Shown here piece by piece: positions 10,123-17,970 of a DNA stretch of 64,000 nucleotides. The DNA comes from a virus (lineage: Duplodnaviria; Caudoviricetes). Both the position numbers and the translations under genes were made by a program. How positions within the stretch are numbered: position 1 is the stretch's first letter; every line of letters begins with the position of its first letter. The DNA lies in IMG/VR virus record IMGVR_UViG_2837658290_000001, positions 1,897 to 65,896 of that record. One strand, given 5' to 3'. Under the pieces are notes generated by a model that was not told the DNA's origin, searched no databases, and worked only from the letters and a program-made list of their open reading frames with translations.

Positions 10123-10941
10123 TTACTTGCGTCTCTCCAGGGCCTGTCGCTGCCTGATCTGATCGTCTACAGCGATCACGGTGGCCAGTCGTTTTTCATC
10201 CGGCGGATGGGTGCCCCAGAAGCTGAGTTTGCCAGCCTCCGTCCGGGCTTTTTCGGGCCGGGCGAAGAATTTGGCACCCTTGACCGGGTCGTATCCGGCC
10301 GCCGCAGCGATGCGCGTCCCAAGGGTATCGCTTTCCAGCTCATAGGACTGCGAGTAAGCCATGCTGCCCGCGGCCGCGCCGATCTGCATGTTCCGGTCAA
10401 TCGCATTCGGATCGTAATACTGACCCGCTGCCGCCGATTGCGAATTCGCATATGCGGTAATCGCACCAAGAATGATCGCCCCCACCAGGGCTTGCTGCTT
10501 CTGCTTCTCGATGTGGCGGCCAATCAGATGCCCATATTCATGGCTCATAATGAAGGCGACTTCGTGATCGCTTTCGGCATCCTGCAGGATGGGCATGGAC
10601 AACCGGATGACAGGTTTTTCCTTCACATAGGTGAAATATGCGTTGCGCTCTTTCATCTCGCGATCGATCTGGATCGAAACCTTGCAGTCGAAACCCTGTC
10701 GTTCCGCAGTTTCCTGAGCGCAGAGTTTTTCCGCCACGGGGGCAACCCGTGCGGCGACACGCCTGAAGCGCCCCTCGGCAACGTTTTTGGAAGCCTGCGA
10801 CCTGTTGGTGTCGTTCTTCGCCTGCTGGAACATTGTCTGGGCGCGGGACGCAGAGCTTTCGTCCAGGTCAGGCAAAACATAGGTCGTGCCACATCCGGAA
10901 AGTGCAGCGGTAATTCCAAGTACTATCAGACCTTTGCGCAC
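10123..10941 (-). CDS. M48-family zinc metalloprotease lipoprotein
   Basis: Signal peptide with LSGC lipobox; NAY, HEYGH, ELESD..G and THPP...R motifs; GGAGGAG RBS. Confidence 0.92.
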   Translation of the reverse strand: MRKGLIVLGITAALSGCGTTYVLPDLDESSASRAQTMFQQAKNDTNRSQASKNVAEGRFRRVAARVAPVAEKLCAQETAERQGFDCKVSIQIDREMKERNAYFTYVKEKPVIRLSMPILQDAESDHEVAFIMSHEYGHLIGRHIEKQKQQALVGAIILGAITAYANSQSAAAGQYYDPNAIDRNMQIGAAAGSMAYSQSYELESDTLGTRIAAAAGYDPVKGAKFFARPEKARTEAGKLSFWGTHPPDEKRLATVIAVDDQIRQRQALERRK

Positions 10942-11220
10942 ACGATTCTCTCCTCCGATCTGGTTTTATGACTACTTTTGATAAGTGCGAAAATATCTCT
11001 TCGCAACCATGGGAATGCATTTCGCAGGACGCGGAGGAGGTTCGGAGAGCCGCCGTTGGCAGTCTGGCAAGAGGTGTCAGGGTAGTATGATTGGCTGTTT
11101 TTTCAGTGGATGCTGGCATGGCGGCCATGAAAAACACCATGCAAGGTGTTCGGGCTTGATTGAGAATAAACTTTTCTGAACCGCTTTCGTTTTTTCCGCC
11201 AAACCTGGGTTCCGTTCCGT

Positions 11221-11520
11221 TTGTCCCAACCCTCATGTTTGTCCCAACCTCGTCCTAACCTCAGCAAGGGGTTGGGACGAGAATTTCCCGTTTGATTTCA
11301 ACGTCGTCCCAACCTCCCCCCTTTTGTCCCAACCTTTTTGCTTACTTTGTATGTGGAGTATGGAACCACCGGGAAAACCTACACGCTATATGAAAAAGGT
11401 AGGGGAGGGGTTGGGACGAGGACAGGTTGGGACAATATTGCTTATGCTGTTGATAATAATTAACTAAATTCCGTCCCGACCTCTGCTCGAGGTTGGGACG
11501 AGACGAGGAGGTTGGGACAA
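11221..11520. repeat. Iteron array, putative phage replication origin
   Basis: GTCCCAACC at 11223, 11241, 11306, 11326 and its reverse complement GGTTGGGAC at 11270, 11409, 11425, 11491, 11510; one-mismatch copies at 11252 and 11473; AT-rich tract about 11435-11470. Confidence 0.8.
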
Positions 11521-11639
11521 AACTGAACGGTCCGAAAGTGTATCACTTGCCCTGCGGTTTTCCTTGTCTGTCACTCTGCGGCAGGTTAATTTGCCCTTGA
11601 CCAAAGCCGAAGGCCCACTCGAACTCGTGAGCCTTCACC

Positions 11640-12161
11640 ATGAACACACAAGAAGAGATCCCGACCAACGCACTGCCGCAAACCGCTGGCAGTGTCCGCA
11701 CCATCCTTGCCCTCGATCTGGGCACCGCAACCGGCTGGGCGATCCGCGGCTATGACGGGCTGATCACCAGCGGCACTGTCAGCTTCAGGCCCGGTCGCTA
11801 CGATGGCGGTGGCATGCGCTACCTGCGCTTCACCAACTGGCTGACCGAGCTTGACCGGCTGTCCGGGCCGGTAGAAGCGATTTACTTTGAAGAGGTGCGC
11901 CGCCACGCAGGGACCGATGCAAGCCACGTCTATGGTGGTCTGATGGCCACGCTGACGGCCTGGGCTGAACTACGGGGCATCCCGTATCAGGGTGTGCCGG
12001 TGGGCACCATCAAACTCCATGCCACTGGCAAGGGGAATGCCTCCAAACAGGCGATGATCGACGCGGCACGCGCCCGTGGTTTCCACCCAGCTGACGACAA
12101 TGAAGCGGATGCCATTGCCATCCTGCTCTGGGCGCTGGAAAGCAAGGGAGGGCTGGGCTGA
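11640..12161 (+). CDS. RuvC-like Holliday junction resolvase
   Basis: ILALDLG...GWA, FEEV, K..ATGKGNASK and DNEADA motifs. Confidence 0.88.
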   Translation: MNTQEEIPTNALPQTAGSVRTILALDLGTATGWAIRGYDGLITSGTVSFRPGRYDGGGMRYLRFTNWLTELDRLSGPVEAIYFEEVRRHAGTDASHVYGGLMATLTAWAELRGIPYQGVPVGTIKLHATGKGNASKQAMIDAARARGFHPADDNEADAIAILLWALESKGGLG

Positions 12162-12361
12162 TGGGCATGCGGTTCACGCCCAGAGGCTACGGCGGTCATC
12201 GCCGCAGCCCCGACGAGGTCAAGCGCGATGGCTGGCAGGAACAGGGCGTTCTGGCGGTCAGCATCGATGATCACCGGCTGAGCTGGCCGGAACGGGAACT
12301 GGTCCGTCAGCTCGGAGAAAAGCTCTATGGCCGGCGGGACGGGGAGGTGAGCGATGACTGA
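12161..12361 (+). CDS. Phage hypothetical protein
   Basis: 66 aa, overlapping both neighbours. Confidence 0.65.
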   Translation: MGMRFTPRGYGGHRRSPDEVKRDGWQEQGVLAVSIDDHRLSWPERELVRQLGEKLYGRRDGEVSDD

Positions 12362-12776
12362 CTGGACCCGTGCCCGTGTGGCCGATCGGCTGGATCTGGC
12401 TGCAGAAGTGATGCGTGCTCTGCCGCCGGTTCGCCCGCAGGGCTATATCAGCACCTGGCCGGCTTATCTCCACAGCTTCGCCGATCAGGTGGGGCAGGAG
12501 GCAAAACTCAAGCGCCCGCTGCCATCACCGCGCATGATCACCGAGGCCGACGAGGCGATGCTCTGGCTGCGCTGGGTGGACAAGGACATTGGTCAGATCC
12601 TCTGGGCACGCGCGAACCGCAAGCCTTGGAAGGGGATCTGCTGGGAGCAGGGGATCAGCCGGGCCACCGCCAACCGGCGGCACGAATATGGTCTGGCTGT
12701 GATCGTCTGGCGGCTCAATGGCATGGTGCCACCGAAGAAGCGGTCGATGGAATACGTGATTGAACGGACTCGGTAA
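12354..12776 (+). CDS. DUF6362-like HTH protein, putative late-gene activator
   Basis: C-terminal sigma-4-like HTH (WKGICWEQGISRATANRR); last gene of the early operon (Q position); GGAGG RBS. Confidence 0.7.
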   Translation: MTDWTRARVADRLDLAAEVMRALPPVRPQGYISTWPAYLHSFADQVGQEAKLKRPLPSPRMITEADEAMLWLRWVDKDIGQILWARANRKPWKGICWEQGISRATANRRHEYGLAVIVWRLNGMVPPKKRSMEYVIERTR

Positions 12777-13110
12777 GTTTTAACAGGGACGATCCGTTAT
12801 TCAGGCTTTTCCCTCTATTCTTTAGTAAGAGGGTGGGCCAATTATAGGTTGCCGCGAAGACGTGCGGGCAGAACCAGAGGCTGGATCAGTTCGTTGAAAC
12901 AAGCGCTGGCGGTGAGCGCGTCCGGACCTTTGTGCTGGCCTCGTTGCCGCCTGTCCCACCTCTGGAGCTGACGCAACTCATGGCGGTCGATGGAATATGT
13001 GATCGAGCGGACAGCCTGATGGTGGCGCCGTACCGGAATGGCGCGGCACCTCGACCTTGACCTTTTCAGGCATGGACGTATATACCATTGTATGCTCATA
13101 GGGGGTAATC

Positions 13111-13335
13111 ATGTTCGAAACCCGAATTCGCAAAGTCGGCAATTCTGCCGTGGTCACGCTGTCTGCTGAAATGCTTGCCGCTTTGGATGCGCGGGAAGGT
13201 GACACCGTTTATCTGGTGCGCGGAGATGATGGCAGTCTGAAAATCACGCCGCAGAACCCTGAGCTGGCCGCGGCCCTGGCGGCTGCCCAGATCGTAATGG
13301 ATGAAAACCGCGATATGCTTCAGGCTCTGGCGTGA
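13111..13335 (+). CDS. AbrB/MazE-fold antitoxin
   Basis: RIRKVGNSAVVTL...L..L...EGD motif; overlaps the doc start (GTGA). Confidence 0.9.
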   Translation: MFETRIRKVGNSAVVTLSAEMLAALDAREGDTVYLVRGDDGSLKITPQNPELAAALAAAQIVMDENRDMLQALA

Positions 13336-13724
13336 GCAATCTGATCTGGGTGCCGCTGCAGGCGGTCGTGATCATTCATGATCGCCAGATCGCACGGCAT
13401 GGCGGCGCGGCCGGACTTCGGGATATCGGGTTGCTGGAGGGCGCTCTCGAGCGGCCGCGCAACAAGGCTGCCTATGGCAAGCCCGGTCTGGAGGAGGTGG
13501 CTGCCGCCTATGCCTTCGGTATTGCAAAGGCGCATGCGTTCGTTGATGGCAACAAGCGCACGGCTTTCGTCACGTCGGCCACGTTCCTGCGGCTGAATGG
13601 CTTCGGCTTGCGGCCTGATCCGCTCGATGGTGTCAGGGCAATGGAAGATCTGGCGTCCAGCCTTCTCTCAGAGGACGAGTTCGGTGCCTGGCTCGGAAAG
13701 CTCATGGTTCCGATTGCACCGTGA
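13332..13724 (+). CDS. doc: Death-on-curing (Fic/Doc) toxin
   Basis: HAFVDGNKRT Fic motif; G.RD.GLLE.AL.RP. Confidence 0.93.
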   Translation: MSNLIWVPLQAVVIIHDRQIARHGGAAGLRDIGLLEGALERPRNKAAYGKPGLEEVAAAYAFGIAKAHAFVDGNKRTAFVTSATFLRLNGFGLRPDPLDGVRAMEDLASSLLSEDEFGAWLGKLMVPIAP

Positions 13725-13760
13725 CCTGTCCGTCGTCCTGTCAACCCTGTTCGCTCCTGC

Positions 13761-13830
13761 GAGACAGTTTCCGGTGAGACACTGCAAGCTGTGACAGATG
13801 CCCGGCGAGAGGCTATAGAAACGATAAGAT
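13761..13830 (+). promoter_or_regulatory. Putative late promoter with activator boxes
   Basis: GAGACA (13761), GAGACA (13776) and GTGACA (13791) at 15-bp spacing, followed by an A/T-rich -10-like stretch, just upstream of cos. Confidence 0.45.
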
Positions 13831-13956
13831 GGTTGTCGTGTGGCCGGGTGAGACCGGCTGGTCTGAACAGGTTTCCGGGGGTACAGATGGGTATCGGTTG
13901 GCGGAACAAACTCTCTCCGGTCGATTTTGCGAGACACGCAAGCTGTTGATAATTAA

Positions 13957-14010
13957 CGGGTCCTTCCCGGCGACCAACGTATTCGGGGGGGCGCAGCGCG
14001 GCGCTTTCCC
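13957..14010 (+). other. Lambda-like cos site (cosQ-cosN)
   Basis: CGGGTCCTTCCCGGCGACCAACGTATTCGGGGGGGCGCAGCGCGG closely parallels lambda cosQ (GGGTCCT) followed by a G-rich cosN; consistent with Nu1/GpA terminase. Confidence 0.7.
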
Positions 14011-14199
14011 AGTCACACCCTAAAAAATACCCGTTTCGTTTCGCTTTGAGCGCTGACATAACAAAACAAGGGCCTGAGGGCTCTTCAAACACCCTCTGAA
14101 CCGAAACGAGGGGGGCGACCCCATTTCGGTTTGGCAGCCAAAGCCGTTTCGCTTTCGCGGAGCTTCGGTTCGCTTCGGGACAAAGATCAGGACATCACC

Positions 14200-15432
14200 A
14201 TGGACGTCGTCGACCTGCCGCTTGAGCAGATCATTCCCTATGCGCGCAACCCGCGCCACAACGAAAAGGCGGTTGCCACGGTGGCGGCGTCGATTGCGGA
14301 GTTCGGCTGGCGCCAGCCCATCGTGGTGGATGAAGCGATGGTGGTGCTGGCCGGGCATACCCGGCTGCTGGCAGCGCGGCAGCTCGGGCTGACTACGGTG
14401 CCGGTGCATCTGGCGAAGGGGTTGAGCGAAGCGCAGGCCCGGGCGTTCCGGATCATGGACAACCGCTCAGGTGAGAATGCCGAATGGGACAAGGATCTGC
14501 TCGGGCTTGAGCTTGGGGATCTGCTGGAGGCCGAGTTCGATCTCGGGCTGACGGGCTTCAGCGATGACGAGCTGAACGCCCTGATGCGCGGCCTTGACGA
14601 GGATGCCGGTGCGCAGGAGGGGGAAGATGACATTCCCGACGCGCCTGAGGATCCGGTCAGCCGGCCGGGAGATCTGTGGGTCATGGGCCCGCACCGTTTG
14701 CTCTGCGGCGACAGCACCGTGGTCACGGATGTGGAGAGGGTGCTTGGGACAGTAAAACCGCTGTTGATGTGCACAGATCCACCCTATGGAGTTGAATACG
14801 ACCCGAGCTGGCGCAACCAGTCTGGGGCTGCCAGGACCAAACGCACCGGTAAGGTGCTGAATGACGACCGGGCCGACTGGCGCGAGGCTTGGGCGCTGTT
14901 TCCCGGGGATGTCGCTTATGTCTGGCACGGCGCGCTGCACGCAGCGACGGTGGCCGAAAGCCTCGAAGCCTGCGGCTTTACTATCCGGTCCCAGATCATC
15001 TGGGCCAAGGAGCGGCTGGTTCTGAGCCGGGGGGATTATCACTGGCAGCATGAACCGGCCTGGTATGCTGTCAAAAAGACCGGCAAGGGTCATTGGGCGG
15101 GGGATCGCAAGCAGACGACGCTGTGGCAGATCCCGAACAAGGACCAGGACGCAAAGACGGTGCATGGCACCCAAAAGCCGGTCGAATGTATGCGCCGTCC
15201 GATCCTGAATAATTCGAGCCCGGGTCAGGCGATTTATGAGCCCTTCATGGGATCGGGGACGACGCTGATTGCTGCCGAGACCACGGGCCGCGTCTGCCTT
15301 GGTATCGAGCTGAACCCAGCCTATGTCGATGTGGCTGTCGAGCGCTGGCAGAAATTCACCGGGAAGCAGGCCTTTCTTGATGGAGGCGAGCAATCCTTCG
15401 GTGACCTGAAAGCTGAGCGCGAGGCGGCATGA
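14200..15432 (+). CDS. ParB-N domain fused to beta-class N6A/N4C DNA methyltransferase
   Basis: PYARNPR...FGW..PIVVD...AGHTR (ParB); HRLLCGDS, TDPPY, HGTQKP and EPFMGSGTT. Confidence 0.92.
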   Translation: MDVVDLPLEQIIPYARNPRHNEKAVATVAASIAEFGWRQPIVVDEAMVVLAGHTRLLAARQLGLTTVPVHLAKGLSEAQARAFRIMDNRSGENAEWDKDLLGLELGDLLEAEFDLGLTGFSDDELNALMRGLDEDAGAQEGEDDIPDAPEDPVSRPGDLWVMGPHRLLCGDSTVVTDVERVLGTVKPLLMCTDPPYGVEYDPSWRNQSGAARTKRTGKVLNDDRADWREAWALFPGDVAYVWHGALHAATVAESLEACGFTIRSQIIWAKERLVLSRGDYHWQHEPAWYAVKKTGKGHWAGDRKQTTLWQIPNKDQDAKTVHGTQKPVECMRRPILNNSSPGQAIYEPFMGSGTTLIAAETTGRVCLGIELNPAYVDVAVERWQKFTGKQAFLDGGEQSFGDLKAEREAA

Positions 15433-15653
15433 AGCAGTCCCGTCTCATGTCTCTGGTCGAGGCCGTCGCCAACGTGATCGTGGGCTATGGAGTTGCGGTT
15501 ATCGCGCAAATCCTGATCTTCCCGATCTTCGGGCTTCACACGACGCTGGCGCAAAACCTGAAGATGGGCGCGTTGTTCACCGTGGTGTCGACAGTGCGTT
15601 CGTTCGCCCTGCGGCAGGTGTTCGAGGCGATCCGGATGGGCACAGAAGGATAG
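15429..15653 (+). CDS. Small membrane protein (two hydrophobic segments)
   Basis: ATGA overlap with the MTase; MKQSRLMSLVEA..NV..G. Confidence 0.7.
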   Translation: MKQSRLMSLVEAVANVIVGYGVAVIAQILIFPIFGLHTTLAQNLKMGALFTVVSTVRSFALRQVFEAIRMGTEG

Positions 15654-15746
15654 ACAGCCCGGGTGGATTTCTTGCGATGTACTTGCTCGAATGACGCGAC
15701 TCCAATTATTAACATGCCAACATCTGGACGGTTGATAGGAGCGCTA

Positions 15747-16118
15747 GTGTTCAACGAATACCCTGAAACTTTAGAAGGTTTGGAGCAGGCTAAAGAGCAT
15801 CTTGAACGCCTCGAAGAGCGAGACGGTTTGGATACCTCGGGCAATCCTGAAAAGTATCACACACGCATTAATGGGGCTCGCATGGAAGTCAGGCGAGTTA
15901 CTGAAAGCCTGAAGGCGCAGGGTCTCATACCTTACTCGGATCAGGAACTACTGAACAGAAAGCTGGATATGGCGTTTCCGAAGGCGCGTTCGAAGGACAT
16001 CGTCGATTTCGATGGAGCCCAGTACCAAAAGCGGTTCAGTCCTGCGACGAAAAGCCGATCTGGGAAAACTGTCACATCTTGGAACCAATGGTGGCAGAGG
16101 CTCCCGGACGAAAAATAA
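15747..16118 (+). CDS. Hypothetical moron protein (lower GC)
   Basis: AGGAG RBS before GTG at 15747; GC lower than flanks; no recognised motif. Confidence 0.6.
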   Translation: MFNEYPETLEGLEQAKEHLERLEERDGLDTSGNPEKYHTRINGARMEVRRVTESLKAQGLIPYSDQELLNRKLDMAFPKARSKDIVDFDGAQYQKRFSPATKSRSGKTVTSWNQWWQRLPDEK

Positions 16119-16192
16119 GGCGTCATTACCAGAATTCGGCAAGGACGCGTTCGCCGATGAGAGTGAACGCGTTCTCGAACTGACGACTTTTG

Positions 16193-16732
16193 TCAGGCAG
16201 CCGGAAGCCGGTAAACCCGTCCCCGATCCTCGACCTTCTCCGAGGTCACCTCGAGTCCGAGCCTCTTCTTCAGCGCGCCTGCTATCGCGCCGCGCACGGT
16301 TTGCGGTGTCCATTGCAGGGCGGCGCTGAGCTCTTCTATGGTTGCGCCATCCTTCGCGCGCAGCATGGTGATCAGAGTCGCCTGCTTGGTGCCCTCGCGC
16401 GGCGTTTGAGTCTTGGGCGTGGCGTCGGTTTTGGCTTCGGTTGGTGCCGAAGCGTCGATTTTCGGTTCGGGTTTGGTTCGTCTGGTCATGGGGTCGGCTT
16501 CCTTGCGTTCAGACAGAAACGGCGCGATGTCGAGGATTGGCCCGGGATCAGTCTCTGCCAGTTCGCAGGCCATGGCCAGCGAAGGGCAGATGCGCGGATC
16601 GCCCGAGCGGGTGAGCCCATGGACATGGAATTCCCAAACCGGTCCGTGGCCGTAATCCTCCCGAACCGCCCATATCTGGGTCCGGGATCCGTTGGCATCG
16701 TGGACAAGATACATGCGTGTCGCTTCCGTCAT
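16193..16732 (-). CDS. DUF3489-domain wHTH protein (possible internal start at 16489)
   Basis: REGTKQATLI.ML....GATI.E......W...TVRGAIAGALKKRLGL; AAGGA RBS before the internal ATG at 16489. Confidence 0.8.
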   Translation of the reverse strand: MTEATRMYLVHDANGSRTQIWAVREDYGHGPVWEFHVHGLTRSGDPRICPSLAMACELAETDPGPILDIAPFLSERKEADPMTRRTKPEPKIDASAPTEAKTDATPKTQTPREGTKQATLITMLRAKDGATIEELSAALQWTPQTVRGAIAGALKKRLGLEVTSEKVEDRGRVYRLPAA

Positions 16733-16808
16733 GGGACACGCAGGATGCGCGCCCTTCTACGGGGCCAGGCCCGCCAGTCAGGCGGGCAGGTCGCGATGCG
16801 GGATGACA

Positions 16809-17084
16809 TCAACTGGCGTGTTCGCCCTCGCCAAAGGCGCTGTCGGTGATCTGGCGCAGAAGGCCGGCGTAGTGGTCGAGCACGCCAACCGTCGCCCAGC
16901 CCACCTCGTCGGGGTGGCAGTTAAAATGTTCGTCGCTGAGTGCCTGAAGGCGCGCAAGCATCGCGTCGATCCCGGCTTTCTTTGCAATGAAGGCCGCCTG
17001 TGCGGCTTCCTTGTTCTTACGCGCCTTCTCAGTGCGGAGTTCGTGGCGGGGCGTGGTGATCGGGTTCAGATGGTTCGTCATCAT
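16809..17084 (-). CDS. Conserved phage hypothetical protein
   Basis: GAGG RBS; AFIAKK..ID.ML.RL..LSDEHF...PDEV.W. Confidence 0.7.
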   Translation of the reverse strand: MMTNHLNPITTPRHELRTEKARKNKEAAQAAFIAKKAGIDAMLARLQALSDEHFNCHPDEVGWATVGVLDHYAGLLRQITDSAFGEGEHAS

Positions 17085-17093
17085 CGTGCCTCT

Positions 17094-17276
17094 TCAGTTC
17101 TTCTTTTCAATCATCGCGAGGATCGCGCAGGCCATGCCGCCCAGAAACTCGCCGCGCCGGAAGACGATCTCGTCGATCTCGGTCGTGCTGATGATGGCGG
17201 GGTCGACCTGAAGGTCGGCAGCCATGTGCGGCAGCAGGCGGGCGGCTTCTAGGTTGTAGCGTTCGGCGATGGTCAT
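17094..17276 (-). CDS. Hypothetical protein
   Basis: GGAG RBS before ATG at 17276; co-oriented with neighbours. Confidence 0.55.
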   Translation of the reverse strand: MTIAERYNLEAARLLPHMAADLQVDPAIISTTEIDEIVFRRGEFLGGMACAILAMIEKKN

Positions 17277-17391
17277 GGCGGGCTCCGTTGGGTGCAGCGT
17301 TTTCTTCGGATCAGCTTCGCTCTCCGGGGGCTGCACATCCAGTATAATAGCAGCAATAACATGGCTTTAATCGGAGCATTCGTATCATCTC

Positions 17392-17970
17392 ATGTCATCA
17401 GCGAGCCAGCCCATCGGGGTGATTGCAAAGCTCCTGGATCTCTCGGAGCGGCGGGTGCAGCAGCTGAGCCGGGAAGGCGTGATCCCGAAAGCCACACGCG
17501 GTCAGTATGACCTGATTGGGTCTGTGCGTGGCTATGTGCGCTATCTGCGGGAGCAGGCGGTCCGGGCTCAGGCCGGGGCCCCGGACTATGCGGTTGAGCG
17601 GGCCCGGCTGATCAGGGCGCGCGCGGATCTGTCAGAAATGGAAGCGGAGGCCAGACGGGGCGCGCTGATTGCGGCGGACGATATCGAAGCGGCCTGGATC
17701 GCGGTGCTGGCGCAGTTGCGTACGCGGCTTCTGGCGCTGCCGGACCGGCTGGCACCGGTTGTGCATGCGCAGGAGAGCCCGGCTGGGGTGCGCGAGGTGA
17801 TCCGGGAGGCGATCCGCGAGGCGCTGGAAGAAATGGCGGAAGCGGATGTGCGCGTCGAAGAGGAAAGCGACGGTATCGGTCCTGATCCTGAAGGGTGGGA
17901 CGGTGCTCTGTCAGACGGTGCGGCGCGCCCTGGCGGTGCTGACGCCGCCGCCGGACCTGACAATCAGTGA
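17392..17970 (+). CDS. Terminase small subunit (Nu1-like)
   Basis: N-terminal wHTH (IAKLLDLSERRVQQL..EG), coiled coil ERARL..ARAD; precedes GpA. Confidence 0.9.
   Translation: MSSASQPIGVIAKLLDLSERRVQQLSREGVIPKATRGQYDLIGSVRGYVRYLREQAVRAQAGAPDYAVERARLIRARADLSEMEAEARRGALIAADDIEAAWIAVLAQLRTRLLALPDRLAPVVHAQESPAGVREVIREAIREALEEMAEADVRVEEESDGIGPDPEGWDGALSDGAARPGGADAAAGPDNQ

Noticed and set aside
11221-11520. Repeat cluster as a CRISPR array
   Set aside because: Repeats are only 9 bp, irregularly spaced and in both orientations.
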